Below are positions 34,552 to 47,917 of a stretch of DNA of 64,000 nucleotides, in pieces. The notes under the pieces were generated by a model. It worked only from the letters and a program-made list of their open reading frames with translations, was not told the DNA's origin and ran no database searches. Position 1 is the first letter of the stretch. Every line of letters starts with the position of its first letter. The DNA comes from Azolla caroliniana (Eukaryota > Plantae > Polypodiophyta), in NCBI GenBank assembly GCA_043228905.1, contig JBHGNT010000014.1:4092001-4156000 (forward strand). The letters run 5' to 3'. The translations under genes and the position numbers were made by a program.

Positions 34552-37500
34552 TGTTAGAATCGACCGGACACAACCGATTACACGTTCGTGTTCGTGTGCA
34601 GAAATCAAGAACTAGTACACAGACAAGAAAAACGTGCAGACACAGAGACACCAATGTTTTACGTGGAAAACCCAAAATGGGAGAAAACCACGAGGGTCCA
34701 CAAACCCCGAGAAAAACAAATCACTATATTAGAGAGGAAGTACAAGTGCGGAACTGGGAGGCAACAACCTCGAGTTCTCCTTCGTCTGACAGACAGCTAT
34801 AGAGCTACACTCTCACTCTCTCACACTCACTGTTACAGAGGCAACTACCTTGTTCTAACTTTTTCAATATTGATCAACTACTTACTTACTAAAGTTTTCC
34901 CTAATTGATTATAAACAAAAGAAAATTTCTAGCTATTTACAAGTATAACCCACAAGGGCATCTTAGAGTATTTACAATTATAGTCTTGCGAACCGATTTC
35001 GATTTCGATTTCTGATTACGATTTCAATTTCGGTTTTGGCCTCGGCCGAGATACTCGCCAACACGGTACTTCACTTCCCATCTGGAGGGACATGTTTCCC
35101 AACAAACTCCCCTTTCACTCCGGCATGGGGTACTTCACCAAACCAACTCTCTGTTGGCACACGTTTAGCTTTTCAGCTGACAACACCTTCATTAGCATAT
35201 CTTATCCATTTTTGGCCGTGTGGATCTTCACTAGAATAAACTGTGAGAAACTAGTGCAGAAGTATTGCTCGGCCACAACCGAGTCTCAAATCACTCTATG
35301 AAGGACCAAACACAGAAATGGGAAATAGGTATGATGAATGCACGTACACAAAAAAAACAACGATAGAGAACACAGGATGTTTACGTGGAAATCCCTAATC
35401 GGGAAAAAGCACGGGAACCCACGTGCTCGTATGAGAGGAAATACAAAGTGGAAACACAGAGGCAACAACCTCGTGCTCGCGACCTTCACCAGTCGGCGGT
35501 TACAACAGAAAGTGCTCGTAGCTACTCTCTCGCTCTCTCTCTTTGTGTACAACAATAATAATAACAATTGACATCCATATCTATGTGATTGCCCTAAGTT
35601 ATATTTATACTCATATGGCTTTAGGGCTATTTACAAATATAGCCTCAATGGGCTTACTCTAACATATTTACAAATATGTCCTTGGATCTGGTTTGTACCG
35701 GATCCATCCGGATTCACTCGATCCGGTTTCCGGGTCTTATCTGGAACCCTTCTGGATCTGGTTCCTTCATCTGGCTCATCCAATCAGGCTCCTCTAGTTT
35801 TCATCCAGATCCCATCCGGAGGGACCAAATTCCCAAGACAAACTCCTTTTCTTCTACTCGTTCTCAGAGCCAATGGTACCTTCGTTGGATGTGCTTTGTC
35901 CTCGAGTGCTAGGAGGCATTTTTCGCAAGGTGGATGGCACTCTGGTTGTTGCAGTCCAGTTGGAATTCTTCTTGCCGAATTCCCAACTCACCGATAAACT
36001 CCTTCATCTAGAAGATTTACATACCAGCTTCTGCAGCGGCCATGTACTCGGCTTCCGTGGTTGACAACACCATGGCCTTCTGCAAGCTTGATTGCCATGA
36101 GACAGCTGCCCATGCATAAGTCATTATGTATCCGGACATGGATCGACTAGTATCTGCATTAGCCGACATGTTTGAATCCATGTAATCTTCTAATGTGGGG
36201 TTTCTTGAGCCAAATCAAAGACATACGCTCACGGTGCCTCTCAGGTACAGTAGTATCCACTTCATGACAGCCCAATGCTCTCTCCCTGGATTGCTCATAT
36301 ATCGGCTGACTACTTCAACAACGTATCCAATGTCTGGCCTGGTACAAACCATCGCGGACATCATTCGTCCAACCATTGAGGCATAGGGACTTTCGACATA
36401 TCTGTTTTTTTGGTTTTCGATTTAGGACAACTATCTTTTCTTAGCTTGCAATTCGTTGGTAGTGTTGAGCCGACCGATTTCGCACCTTCCATGTTGAATC
36501 TCTAGAGCACCTTGTCACGTACTTCTCCTGTGACAGCCATATCAATTTCTTTGTTCAGTACCGAGCAATATGCATACCCAGGATTTGCTTTGTCGGACCC
36601 ATATCCTTGATCGAGAACGACCCACTGAAGGCCTTCTTCAACGCTCGGATCTTCATATGGTTCCGTCCGACAATCAACATCTCATCCACGTATAGCGGGA
36701 GGATGAGGAAATCTCCTCCGTCGACTTTCTTCACAGTGATCGGCCTGCGTTTTGTGGTACCCGTTGTCGGTCATGAAGGATTCGAATTTTTGGTACCATT
36801 GTCGAGGCGCTTGCTTCAACCCATACAAGTTCTTCCTTAATCGACATACGAGGTTGTCTTTGCCTTTCTCTACAAATCCTTCTAGCCGGTGCATATAGAT
36901 CTCCTCTTCGAGATCACCGTGCAGAAACATCGTCTTGACATCCAATTGCTCGACTTCGAGATCCATGTTGGCCGCTTGCCGAGGTGCTTGCTTTAACCCG
37001 TACAAGCTCTTCCTTAATCGGCATACAAGGTTCTCTTTGCCTTTCTCTACAAATCCTTTCAGCTGGTGCATATAGATCTCCTCTTCAAGATCACCATGCA
37101 GAAACGTCGTCTTGACATCCAATTGCTCGACTTCGAGATCCATGCTCAGCACGGTTCGGATTGACGTCATCTTTACAACCGGGGTAAATATTTCGTCAAA
37201 ATCGACACCCTTCTTCTATTGGAGACCTTTCATGACGATTCGTGCTTTGTACCTGGGTGGATTCTCGCCATCTCCCGATTTCAACTTGTATACCCATTTA
37301 TTCTGAAGTGCCTTTTTCCTCTCCGCAGTTCAGTCAATTCATATGTGTGGTTCTCGTGCAAGGAATCCATTTCCTCTTGCATGGCGCTCAACCACTTTTG
37401 GCTATGGGTACCTTCCTTGGCTTCTTCAAAGCTTTCTGGGTCCCCCTCATCGGTTAGCGGTACATGCTCTTCATCCGGAAATCTTCAAGGGCGCCTCCTT

Positions 37501-38095
37501 TCTCTTAGGGGATATCTTTGGCCTCCGTTTGGCACGGTCAGTTCTTCTTCGACTTCTTCGGCCGAGTCAAATTCGGTTCTTTGTTCGACCAATTCCCCTC
37601 GTTCTTCGGTCGGTTCTCGATTTTTCCAAGTATTAACTCGGCTGAATGGCTCGGATTCGATTTTGATCGATTCGGCTTCTACTCAATTCGGCCGAGCATT
37701 GACTCCATTAGATTCGATAGTTGGAGACTTATTCTCAATCTCCTAGTCAACTATTGTCTTTTCCTCCATGAAGCCAATGTCGCGGCTCCTAATCACTTTC
37801 TTCTCGGCTAAGTTCCATAGCCGATGGCCAAAGTCATTATTGCCGTAGCCGAGAAATATGCATGACCGAGATTTCAGGTCCAATTTTCCCCTTTGGTCTT
37901 TTGCCACGTGCACATAGGCAAGACAGCCGAACACCCTCAGATGTCAATACGAATGTCTTTGCCGCTCCACAGCCTCTGTAGAATATCACCGTCCAAGGGT
38001 ACTGAGGTTGATCGGTTTATCACTTACACTACCGTCATCACCGCCTCAACCCAGAACATCTTTGGTAACTTAGCATGTGCAAGCATACTTTGGAC
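34552..38095 (-). mobile_element. Element H: 5'-truncated Ty1/copia (Tnt1-like) with 3' LTR at 34552-35104
   Basis: PPT (AAAGGGGAGTT on minus) beside the LTR; RH C-terminus KIHT..N..DML; RT QLDVKT.FLHG, LYGLKQAPRQW and YVDEM; integrase C-terminus FGCLAYVH..CIFLGY. Confidence 0.92.
35242..35838 (-). mobile_element. Solo LTR (Copia family) inserted in the RNase H of H
   Basis: Starts TG and ends CCCAAGA (mutated CA); TSD TAAAC/CAAAC; similar to 978-1573. Confidence 0.85.
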
Positions 38096-38313
38096 TTAGT
38101 ATGAAGTGTGAGGAGGGTGCTTTATATATAGTCACCCTCTCTGTTCATTAACTAACTACAACAACTACTCTCTCTCTTGGGGAATGTGAAGACTAATAGT
38201 CATGGGGAATATGTAACTCATTAGTTATGTGTCATTAGTTAATGTGTAGAGAGTAGTGGTGTGACTCTTGACCTTTGACTAATCATAGATTCTCAAAAGG
38301 TGTGTTCACACGT

Positions 38314-39205
38314 TGTCGTTGAAATCCACGCGGATGCATAGAAATGGGGTAGGACCACGGGGGTTTCGAACCAAGGAATCAAGGAAGTGAAGGGGGGGGA
38401 CAGAGTCTGCACTCTGCGTAGGCACCGAGACCGCAAGTAGACAGAGAACTGTAGTGAAAGAGAGAGAGAGAGAGAGAGAGAGAGATGTGCGTAGCCACAG
38501 ACCCCACGCAGACAAACAGACAGAGACGCGGTGAACAACTTGTATTAAGTAGATAGGGTTATATTAATCAAAACGCGCGCACGGTGCGGTAAACAATTAC
38601 AACCGGATCAGAGCCGGTGATGGAGTGTAAAGCTCGTCTGCTTCTCTTCTTCCTGTCTAGATGCCCCCTTAAAACAGTCTGAGGCCACCCCTTTTATAGC
38701 GCAAGGAGAGACCATTACAAATGTCTTCAAGACCCATCACTATCCTCCCCAGATTCTCTCCTTGATTCGCTCTCCTCGTAACTCTCCCCCTACGCGTCGG
38801 CGGAACTCCTATTAATGCTCTAACTACCTAGCACCCCTCATCCTACCAATACCTAGTATTTACATAGTTTAATTCTGTAGGGATGTGCACTCGTGCACAC
38901 CCATGTTCCCGCATATTTCATATTGTTTCTGCCTATGGCTCGGAATCTTCACGACATCCACCCCCACCAAACCGCACATCCTCCGGAATGTGCCATATAG
39001 CGAATTTAGTGAGGGATTCCAAGGCCATCTACTACTCGTCCTCGTCTTCTGAACCCCTGCTTTCGGCTCCCACTGCTAGGTCTCGTTACACCTCGTTCCC
39101 CCTCTTGAAGGCCTTTATCCGCTTCCCGGCCACCAAGGTTGTCATTCGAGTCCTGTCGAGCTTCACAAGATGATACGTCGCGTTGTCGTTGACACTGATT
39201 ACTAC
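38314..39205 (-). mobile_element. Element F: 3' end of a B-family gypsy (integrase tail, PPT, LTR 38314-38956)
   Basis: NDNATYHL..LD.TRM...VAGKRIKAFK matches the B integrase end; same pre-PPT hairpin; LTR starts TGTCGTGAAG. Confidence 0.88.
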
Positions 39206-40149
39206 GTGAAAAGAGAGATGATGATAGAAAAGAGAGAGCAGGAAGATATAGAAACCCCAATCTACAAAGATATATTAATAAGGAGTGATGATCATAGAAA
39301 ACAAGAGAAAGAAGATACATAAACTCAAGCCTACAAGGATGAATTGATCACTAGAAAAACGCACTACATGAATAGGCAAGAAAAACACCATAAAAAAAAA
39401 ACTCCCCTCACCACCTCACTCTTCTTGCTTTATATGAAGTTCTCCTCTAGTAGATAAGTTTCGCTTGCTTTCTTTTCCACGCTTTTTTTAGAGCTTTTCC
39501 ATCTCCTATTCTTAGCTATGACACAACGATCTTCTAATCGTTATATCTCCCTCATCCAGGTTCCAAATTTAGAGTTTTAAAAAGCTACGGATAGCTCTCG
39601 TCATAAGCTTTCTAACCCATATTTACACGTGATATTTGGGTGTCAAACGAGAGAGTTATGAGCGTTTGTTTTTTACTGCTTTTTGGTGGTCTGCTTTTTC
39701 CTTCTTTTACTTTTCTCCATCTCTCTTGCTTTTAGTTTGACTTATACTTGAAACCTTAGCTCGTGTTCTTGGCCTTCGGGTTTGAATGCTCCATACCTTA
39801 TATTTTTGTAGACTTCAATACCTTGAATTCTAAAAACACTTTCACAGTATGATTGATAATGAGCCGAGATCACCAACAAATCTCGATTCTAATGCAATGG
39901 ACAAAATTCTTATGAGTCACTTGATTTCTCTTCAAGAAACCATAAACAAGCAAGGTGAAGAAATTAGGACGTTAATGAAAGAGAATACTAAGCTCCAAAG
40001 TGTTGTCATTGAGAATGAAAGTCTTAAACAAGTGGTTGCAAAACTTCAAGAAGAGATTCAAGAATGTAAAAGAGCTTCTTTTGAAACAAATGAGCGCCTT
40101 AACAAGATTGAGTTAAAGGAAGCATTAAAAGAAGAAAAATTGGACACGA

Positions 40150-43100
40150 TGTCGTAGTGTATCTCGTACACTACGTGAAAAAGTAAAAATAATATAACCG
40201 ATTTAATTACATATAAATAAATAAAATAAGAATATCAAGATATATTCACCAATAAATAAAATATGAATATCAAGATATTTATCACGTGCATAGGGCAGGA
40301 TTCGAACCCTGTACCTCCACATAGCCAAACCTCAACTTTACCATTATGCTACCTTATCTTTAGTGTTCTATAAATAGATTTAATAACTATAACTGCTTTA
40401 TTTGCGCCTACCTTTATTAAAAGGTAAATCGTGCATTTTTAGAGTGCGTGAATATTTTATAGAAAAACGCAAGCAACTAAAAAGTGACTCATGCACATCT
40501 AGCGTGCATGAGCACTATATTTAGCAAATAAAAGCAAGGATTAGAAAAGCATCACATGCACATTTAGTGTGCATGAACATATTAGAAAAAGCATGTAGTT
40601 ATGCTTAGTCTCTCCCATCACTACATAAGGATGGGGAGCACAATGTAATAGGTGTGTGAAATATTTGGAAATTGGATATATTTCCGAAAACACCAACCGA
40701 TTAATATAATCGTGGGATTCACGAAAATAATATAATCTATACTTGTGGGATTCACAAGTCTTTCTTTCAATCTAAATACATATTCTTATCTAAATATTGA
40801 ATAATCGAATAAAATACACTCGTGGGATTCACGAAATTTCTCTTTCTAATAATCTATTCATTACTAGCCTCATCTCATATTCTTCTTTCTCCTAGTCCAA
40901 AACCTCGGCGGTTCCCACCCGACTCACGCAACGATCCGGAGCCGAAAGGCACGACACAGTTGGTGAACCCGACGTGAAGGCGGGTGGCAAGGAGATGGAG
41001 AATCAACAAGAGGCAATGAGTATAACGATGATGATGATGTTCGAGCAGATGCTACAAGAACAATGAGTGATGTCGGAGATCACGGCGGCAGTAGAGCGGC
41101 TTGTGCGACGAAATGGGGAATTCAACGGAAATGATGTGTCACGCTATCTACGTGACTACAAGGCGGAGATGATACGATGTGGGATACCGGAAGGATTGCA
41201 AGTGACATCCTTCAATCGGGTGGCCACGGATGAGCTACAAGAGAGAATCCACAAGATACGGCAACAAAACTCGACATGGGGGTCATTCGAAGAAGCTTTA
41301 CGAGAGGCATATGATTACAAGAGATCGAAGGGAAAAGATCGGCGAAAATTCGACGAATGGGTGGCATCGGAGAAGACCCACCAAAGTGCAACACAAGCAT
41401 TCCTAGAGTTCGAGCATCGTTTTGCGCGACTCTCGGAGCAAGAACAAAGATTGGTGGGGGAGGACAAAGTCCTAATGTTCGTAAGATCGATTGATCGGAA
41501 AGAAAGGAAGGACATCGGGATTGAACTCGAAGACGATAACGGTACGAATGGTCTTACCGAAAATTGGGCCGAAGTCCAAAGGGTATGCCGGAGACATGAT
41601 GAGAGGAAGATGAGAATCTTGTCAACGACATGGCCGATGAAGGATGGTCGATTGAAGACAAACGATGGAGCCGATATGAAGGCCGAAATACAACATGATG
41701 GTCCGACGGAAGAGGGTGTAAAATAAGCTACCCTCTTGTCTTGCGAAAGAACGACGACGAAGGATAAGGCCGATAACCCAAGTGTAGAAGAAGATTTCGG
41801 AATACAAGTGTCCGAAACATCAGGTGAAAAAGGGGTAAGCATAATTGATGTTTCCATAATTGATGCAGTGAAAGAGAGCAAGGAGGACTTGATTGAGGAG
41901 GTCACCAAGAAAGATGACATCGAATCGAAGGTGGCTATGGACGAATCAATGGCGGATGGCCATATCGAGATTTCTCCACCACTGATTCCAGAGACTCCGG
42001 CGGTTGCGATCGAAAGGCAACGTGAGACCGAAGAGACGGAAGGTGGCGGAGAGAAAACAAAGGTCGAAGTCGATGCATACGACGGAGAGATAGCCGAGAA
42101 TATGGCTATGGGTGGAACAATGGAGGATGATAATACCGAGGATTCCTACCCACTAATCCTAGAGACTTCGGCGGTTGTGTCTGAGAAGCAACGTGAGACC
42201 GGAGAGACGGGAGGTGGCGGCAAGAAAGGTAAAGTCGGAAGCCGGTTCGGATGGAAGGTGATCCGGACGGGATTCCGATCCGAAAGAAAGTCGAACCGGG
42301 TAAAAGAGAATTCGGCCGAAAGAAGAACCGAAAGAAAGCCAAACCGGGTAAAAGAGGATTCGACCGAAAGACGACCCGAAAGAAAGCCGACCCGAAAAGG
42401 GGTCGACTTGGTCAAAACCGATCGACTGAGTCTGACTTGGCCGAACGCGAATATGGATGGAAGCCGACCTAGCCGAAAGCCGATCGGACGAGACCGATCC
42501 GGAAAGAAGCTAATCCGACTCAACCGAAGGTTGGACCGGTCGAGGCTGGTGAAAACGAGGAAAAGAAAGCCAACCGAAACCGAAACCGATAGATCGAAAC
42601 CGGGGCGGAAGGAGACCGACTCAATCAAAACCGAACAACCGATTCCGATTCGGCCGAATACGAATCCGATCGGAAGCCGATCAAACCGAAAGTTGATCGG
42701 ACGAGAGCGATCCGGAAAAAAGTCAAGGTTGATGAAGACAAGAAAGAGGCCAGTAAAAGACACTACCACGAATGACAAGGGCCAAGAATATGACGAGAGA
42801 GAACAAAGAATATGGTGGATCGGATGGCGACAATGGTTCGGGTGGAAAGAATGGGTCTACTCAAAATGGAGAGACAAAGTTGACATAGCGGGACAAACGG
42901 AGGATGAAGGGGAGACAACGAGCATCGACAACTTCGGCACATACCGGAGGATGTGCGGGTTCGGAGGGGGCGAGTGTCGTAGTGTATCTCGTACACTACG
43001 TGAAAAAGTAAAAATAATATAACCGATTTAATTACATATAAATAAATAAAATAAGAATATCAAGATATATTCACCAATAAATAAAATATGAATATCAAGA

Positions 43101-43781
43101 TATTTATCACGTGCATAGGGCAGGATTCGAACCCTGTACCTCCACATAGCCAAACCTCAACTTTACCATTATGCTACCTTATCTTTAGTGTTCTATAAAT
43201 AGATTTAATAACTATAACTGCTTTATTTGCGCCTACCTTTATTAAAAGGTAAATCGTGCATTTTTAGAGTGCGTGAATATTTTATAGAAAAACGCAAGCA
43301 ACTAAAAAGTGACTCATGCACATCTAGCGTGCATGAGCACTATATTTAGCAAATAAAAGCAAGGATTAGAAAAGCATCACATGCACATTTAGTGTGCATG
43401 AACATATTAGAAAAAGCATGTAGTTATGCTTAGTCTCTCCCATCACTACATAAGGATGGGGAGCACAATGTAATAGGTGTGTGAAATATTTGGAAATTGG
43501 ATATATTTCCGAAAACACCAACCGATTAATATAATCGTGGGATTCACGAAAATAATATAATCTATACTTGTGGGATTCACAAGTCTTTCTTTCAATCTAA
43601 ATACATATTCTTATCTAAATATTGAATAATCGAATAAAATACACTCGTGGGATTCACGAAATTTCTCTTTCTAATAATCTATTCATTACTAGCCTCATCT
43701 CATATTCTTCTTTCTCCTAGTCCAAAACCTCGGCGGTTCCCACCCGACTCACGCAACGATCCGGAGCCGAAAGGCACGACA
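40150..43781 (+). mobile_element. Element G: young non-autonomous (gag-only) LTR element related to B
   Basis: 807-bp LTRs at 40150-40956 and 42975-43781 with no differences seen, 4-bp TSD ACGA, tRNA-Trp PBS at 40961-40978, B-like gag, no pol. Confidence 0.95.
41067..41726 (+). pseudogene. gag: gag N-terminal part of G
   Basis: FNGNDVSRYLRDYKAEM...WGSFEEAL...LTENWAEVQRVC aligns with B gag FSGKDATKYLASYGAEM...LTTDWAVVKRVC. Confidence 0.85.
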
Positions 43782-44321
43782 ACGATGAGGCGGGATGTAA
43801 GTGAGATGAAAAATGTATGTACAATGAAGTCATGGGCCGATATATGTGGTGGGGATGTGCTATCAAACTCATCTAATATGCATGTGATGCATCAAGAGAA
43901 GAATATAGAAAGCATAGATGTCCGAGAATTGAAAGAACGTGAACGACGATCAAAGAACATTGTCGTCCGTGGGATTAAAGAAGAGAGTATTGAAACACCC
44001 GCATCCCTTGGAAAGGCCATTGGTGAATTTTTTAGCATGCACTATGGGATGTCAAATGTGAATGTATATGGGGCACACCGAGTTGGGAAACATGGTGTTA
44101 CTCGCTCCGGAGAAAGGCCTATTGTATGCACAATGACAGATGATACAAAGCGACGGATCATACTCGAAAATAGTTGGGTATACCTCAAAGGTACACAATG
44201 CTTTGTGAGTGAAGATCGTACTATCTCACAACAAAATGCTCATTGTAAAGCATATGAAGAAAGATTGAAAAACAAGGTTAAGGATGTGCCTAAAGATGGA
44301 AATGTAGGCAAATAGGGACAC

Positions 44322-47300
44322 GTGATCTATGAGACTAACCCACGCCTTTTACGACTATGCTTTTGGAATTGCAATGGATACCCATGGAATGCGGGATTTG
44401 GCATAGAGGAGTTCACCAATGACTCGGATATCACACTTCTTGTTGAAACATGGGAGCATGATACTCAAAGGATTCAAGGTTTAGGAAACTATAATGTACA
44501 CTCTTTGATATGGAAGAAAAATCCAAGACAAAGAAGAGGACAAGGAGGGGTGGCATGTTTGATTAAGAAGGAAATAGAGAAATATGTGTCAATCATAAAA
44601 AATGATGAAAATAAATGCTACATATGGCTCAAAATAGAAACACCTAATGATTTGCCCTCTTTTGTAGTTGGATGTTACATTCCTCATCAAGATTCTAACT
44701 TTTATGCTTGTTTGGATAAAGATCAACCATTTGCCAATCTAGAAGATGATATTGCTTATTTCAAATCCAAAGGGGAAGCTATTGTCTTTGGTGACATGAA
44801 TGCTCGTATAAGAAGTTTCCAACTTGATTCACAAGAATCTTTCATGCCACATATCTCAAGGATGCAAGAGGATATGCAAATGTATAACCGCTCTTCTATT
44901 GATGAAAAAGATCCAGACCAATTTGGGAAGTTACTCCTACAAATGTGCAATAGTACTGGATTGCTTATTGCAAATGGTATTTCCTTATGGCCCAACACTA
45001 ATGGTTTTACATGTAGAAAACACAACGGAAATAGTGTGATTGACTATGTGCTACTTTCCGAAGGTATTTTGGATCGTCTACATAAATTCTCACTTGGTGA
45101 ATGGACACCGAAATCCGATCATAGGACTTTATATATTGATCTCAAATGTATGCGTAGGTTTGATTGTGAGAAGGCTATTTAAGATAATAAACAACCGCAC
45201 TTGAGCATGAACCTTAAGCGAGCACCCATGTATTCCAAGATGGTTGAGGATATGTTACAAATGACAAAGATACAACATGGTGCCACACTAGAATGCAAAT
45301 GGGAAGCTTTCAAGAAAGTCATTCTCTCATGTACAAACAAATGTTTTTCGACCAACCGCACATCTTGGAAATGCACCAAGAAACTTAGGAAAAAATGGTT
45401 TGATAAAGAATGTCGTGAAGCTCAAAAGTGCCTTATGGTTTTGGATGTAGTTAAGGATAAAGAGAATTACCAAAAGCATTTGCATGAGTATAAAAGTCTT
45501 ATTCAAAGAAAGAGAAGAATATGGGAAGTTACTCAACAATTTATCCAAATGCAAGAGAAAGCACATGCATGTGCTAAATTTTGGGGAAATCTAAAGGGAA
45601 AACGTGTTGAGAGTTATGGTGACTTAACTCTTCACGACTTGTCTATGTATTGTAAGAATTTATATGAGTTATCTCTTGCCGGAAAGATGATGTGTTATGG
45701 TTCTCTTTCACATATGCCTCCCTTCTTTACAATTGAAGATATATGCATAGGACTTAAGAAATTGGCCTCTCGAAAGGCAAGCGATCTTCAATGTATAAAG
45801 GCTGAAATGCTCAAATGGACGGGAAAGGAAGCACATATATGGATAAGCGATATGTTTAATGATGCATTGCAACATGGTATGTCATACGATTGGACTACAA
45901 ATTGGATCAAACCTTTACATAAAGGTGGAGATATAAATAATGTAAACAACTATCGAACCATCATGGTTGGCTCATTAATGGCAAAACTATTTGGATGTAT
46001 AATGGAATCAAAGATAACTGTATGGGCTGAAAAAAGTGGTAAGAGAGCTTATGGACAAGCTGGCTTTTGGAAACACCATAGCACCATTGATCCCCTTATC
46101 ACCCTTCGAGTATTAATGGAGGAAAGTCGCCTTAGAGGTAAAGGTTTATATTGTTGCTTTGTAGACTTCAAGAAAGCTTTTGATATGGTACCTCGTGAGC
46201 ATCTTTGGAGTCGAATGGAAGAACTTGAGGTGCCAAGTGAATATATGCTTGCAATTTCCCGAATTTATGAGAAGGTTATATGTTGTGTGCACATGAGAGA
46301 TAAACTTTTAGATTTTTTCAAAAGCACTATTGGTGTTAAGCAAGGATGCCCACTCTCACCAACACTATTTGGTCTATGCATTGATGAATTGGAAGAAATG
46401 GTTACCAAGTTTGCAAAGGAAGAATGTGTTGAAGAAGTTGCCATTGGGAATGTTGTGATTATGCTTTTGCTATATGCATATGATGTAGTGCTTTTTGCAA
46501 ATACTTTAGGAGATGCACAAAAGCTTATGAAGGCATTGGAAAAAATTTGCATGTATACTAAATTAAGTTTCAATAGCTCTAAAACAAAGAGTATGCTTGT
46601 GAAGAGCCAAAAAAGAGATAAACCATGAATTATGTACAACAATGAGCCACTTGAATGTGTGGAAAGCTTCAAATATCTTGGCCTTGAAGTTCCTTCAAAT
46701 CATAGATGGAATGAATGTGCTACACGCCGCTTAGAGGCGGGCAAGCGAGCATACTATGCATTTGAGAACACATGCAATCTTGGAGATATTAAGTGTTGGG
46801 TCCTCAAGAAATATCTTTTCGACACTTTGGTGACACCGGTTCTTCTCTATGGGGTGGAAGTATGGGGTGGTAGCATCCCTAAATCTATATGGAAAGAGTT
46901 TGAAAATGTCCAAAAACATTTTCTTACCAAGTTTCTACAAGTTAAGAAATAAACGCCCTACACCCTCCTCCTCCTTGAGACGGGATCGCTTCCCATTGAG
47001 ATCATGGCCATGGAAAGGGTTGTTGAATACATGCTTAAGGTTCAAAAAAGTCCCTCACATCGACTTCCAAGAATTGTGTGGGAAGCAAGCAAAAAGATCC
47101 AAAAGACGCATAAAAGCAAAATTTTGTGTTCCGGTTGGATGCAAGATATAGAAAAATGGTTTGGTAGATGGGATGTGAGACACTTGCTTCATGATGCATC
47201 ATTAGATTCCTCTGTAAATGAGGCATTTTTGCAACGCCAATGTATCATGACATGGGACAAATGTGGAGGCTCACGCTTCACACATTATACTACACATGTT

Positions 47301-47696
47301 GCACCTAACTACAAAACCATATTCTTTGCGGAACGGGGAAATTGTACACATCCATACATGTTAGAGCCCATACCGTTATCTTCCATTCGAACCATTGCTT
47401 CCATGTGACTTAGCTCACATGCATTGCGATGTGAAACAGGGCGTTGGGGTACAAGTGATGAGAGTGGTCGGCTATGCACACTTTGCCCTAAACAAGTTCG
47501 TGAGTCTGAGTATCACACTTTGATACAATGCTCTGCCTTTGATCATATTCGACCATGCTTTCCACATCTCTTCGATCGAGCCCAATCTTTGCATGAATCC
47601 CTCTCACAACCACAATGTGCACTCTCGATTGCAACATTCATTGGTAAAGTTCTTGAACATCGAGAGTCACTACTCACTTTCACACGTATCACGTGA
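44322..47696 (+). pseudogene. LINE ORF2 (endonuclease-RT); one frame with four in-frame stops
   Basis: WNCNG, ETW, GDMNAR, IDY and SDH (APE); RT with YADD mutated to YAYD. ORFs 44322, 45201, 46632, 47004 and 47424 share one frame. Confidence 0.95.
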
Positions 47697-47751
47697 AATG
47701 TAATATTTTTGGTCTCATAGGTCATATTTGACCTCCGAAGACGATAATATA

Positions 47752-47789
<38 letters not shown>

Positions 47790-47917
47790 TCCTCTCACAC
47801 ACATATATCACTTAATCTTCTGCTTATCAACTAATCACATAATTAGGTACTAATTAACCCACCTTTGCTTGATTACGTAATTATTAACAAAGGCAAACAA
47901 GATTTAATGCACATAAT

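Larger units (their letters stand above)
39849..44315 (+). pseudogene. LINE ORF1 (39849-40149 joined to 43786-44315)
   Basis: Coiled-coil N-part, then ERERRSKNIVVRGI...HRVG...RPIV...SEDRT. The frame rejoins as EKLDTMRRD once G is removed. Confidence 0.88.
39420..47787 (+). mobile_element. Near-full-length RTEX-like LINE (copy 2), interrupted by G
   Basis: ORF1 plus ORF2 (APE endonuclease, RT, C-terminal ETGRW..CxxC..E.EYH...C) and a (TATC)n tail at 47752-47787. The 5' boundary is approximate. Confidence 0.9.

Noticed and set aside
40293-40352. Functional tRNA gene (also 34091-34150 and 43118-43177)
   Set aside because: No convincing acceptor or anticodon stems; kept only as tRNA-like boxes.
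43647-43781. Signal-peptide-like N-terminus on LINE ORF1
   Set aside because: It comes from the G LTR with a GTG start; the true ORF1 N-terminus is at 39849.
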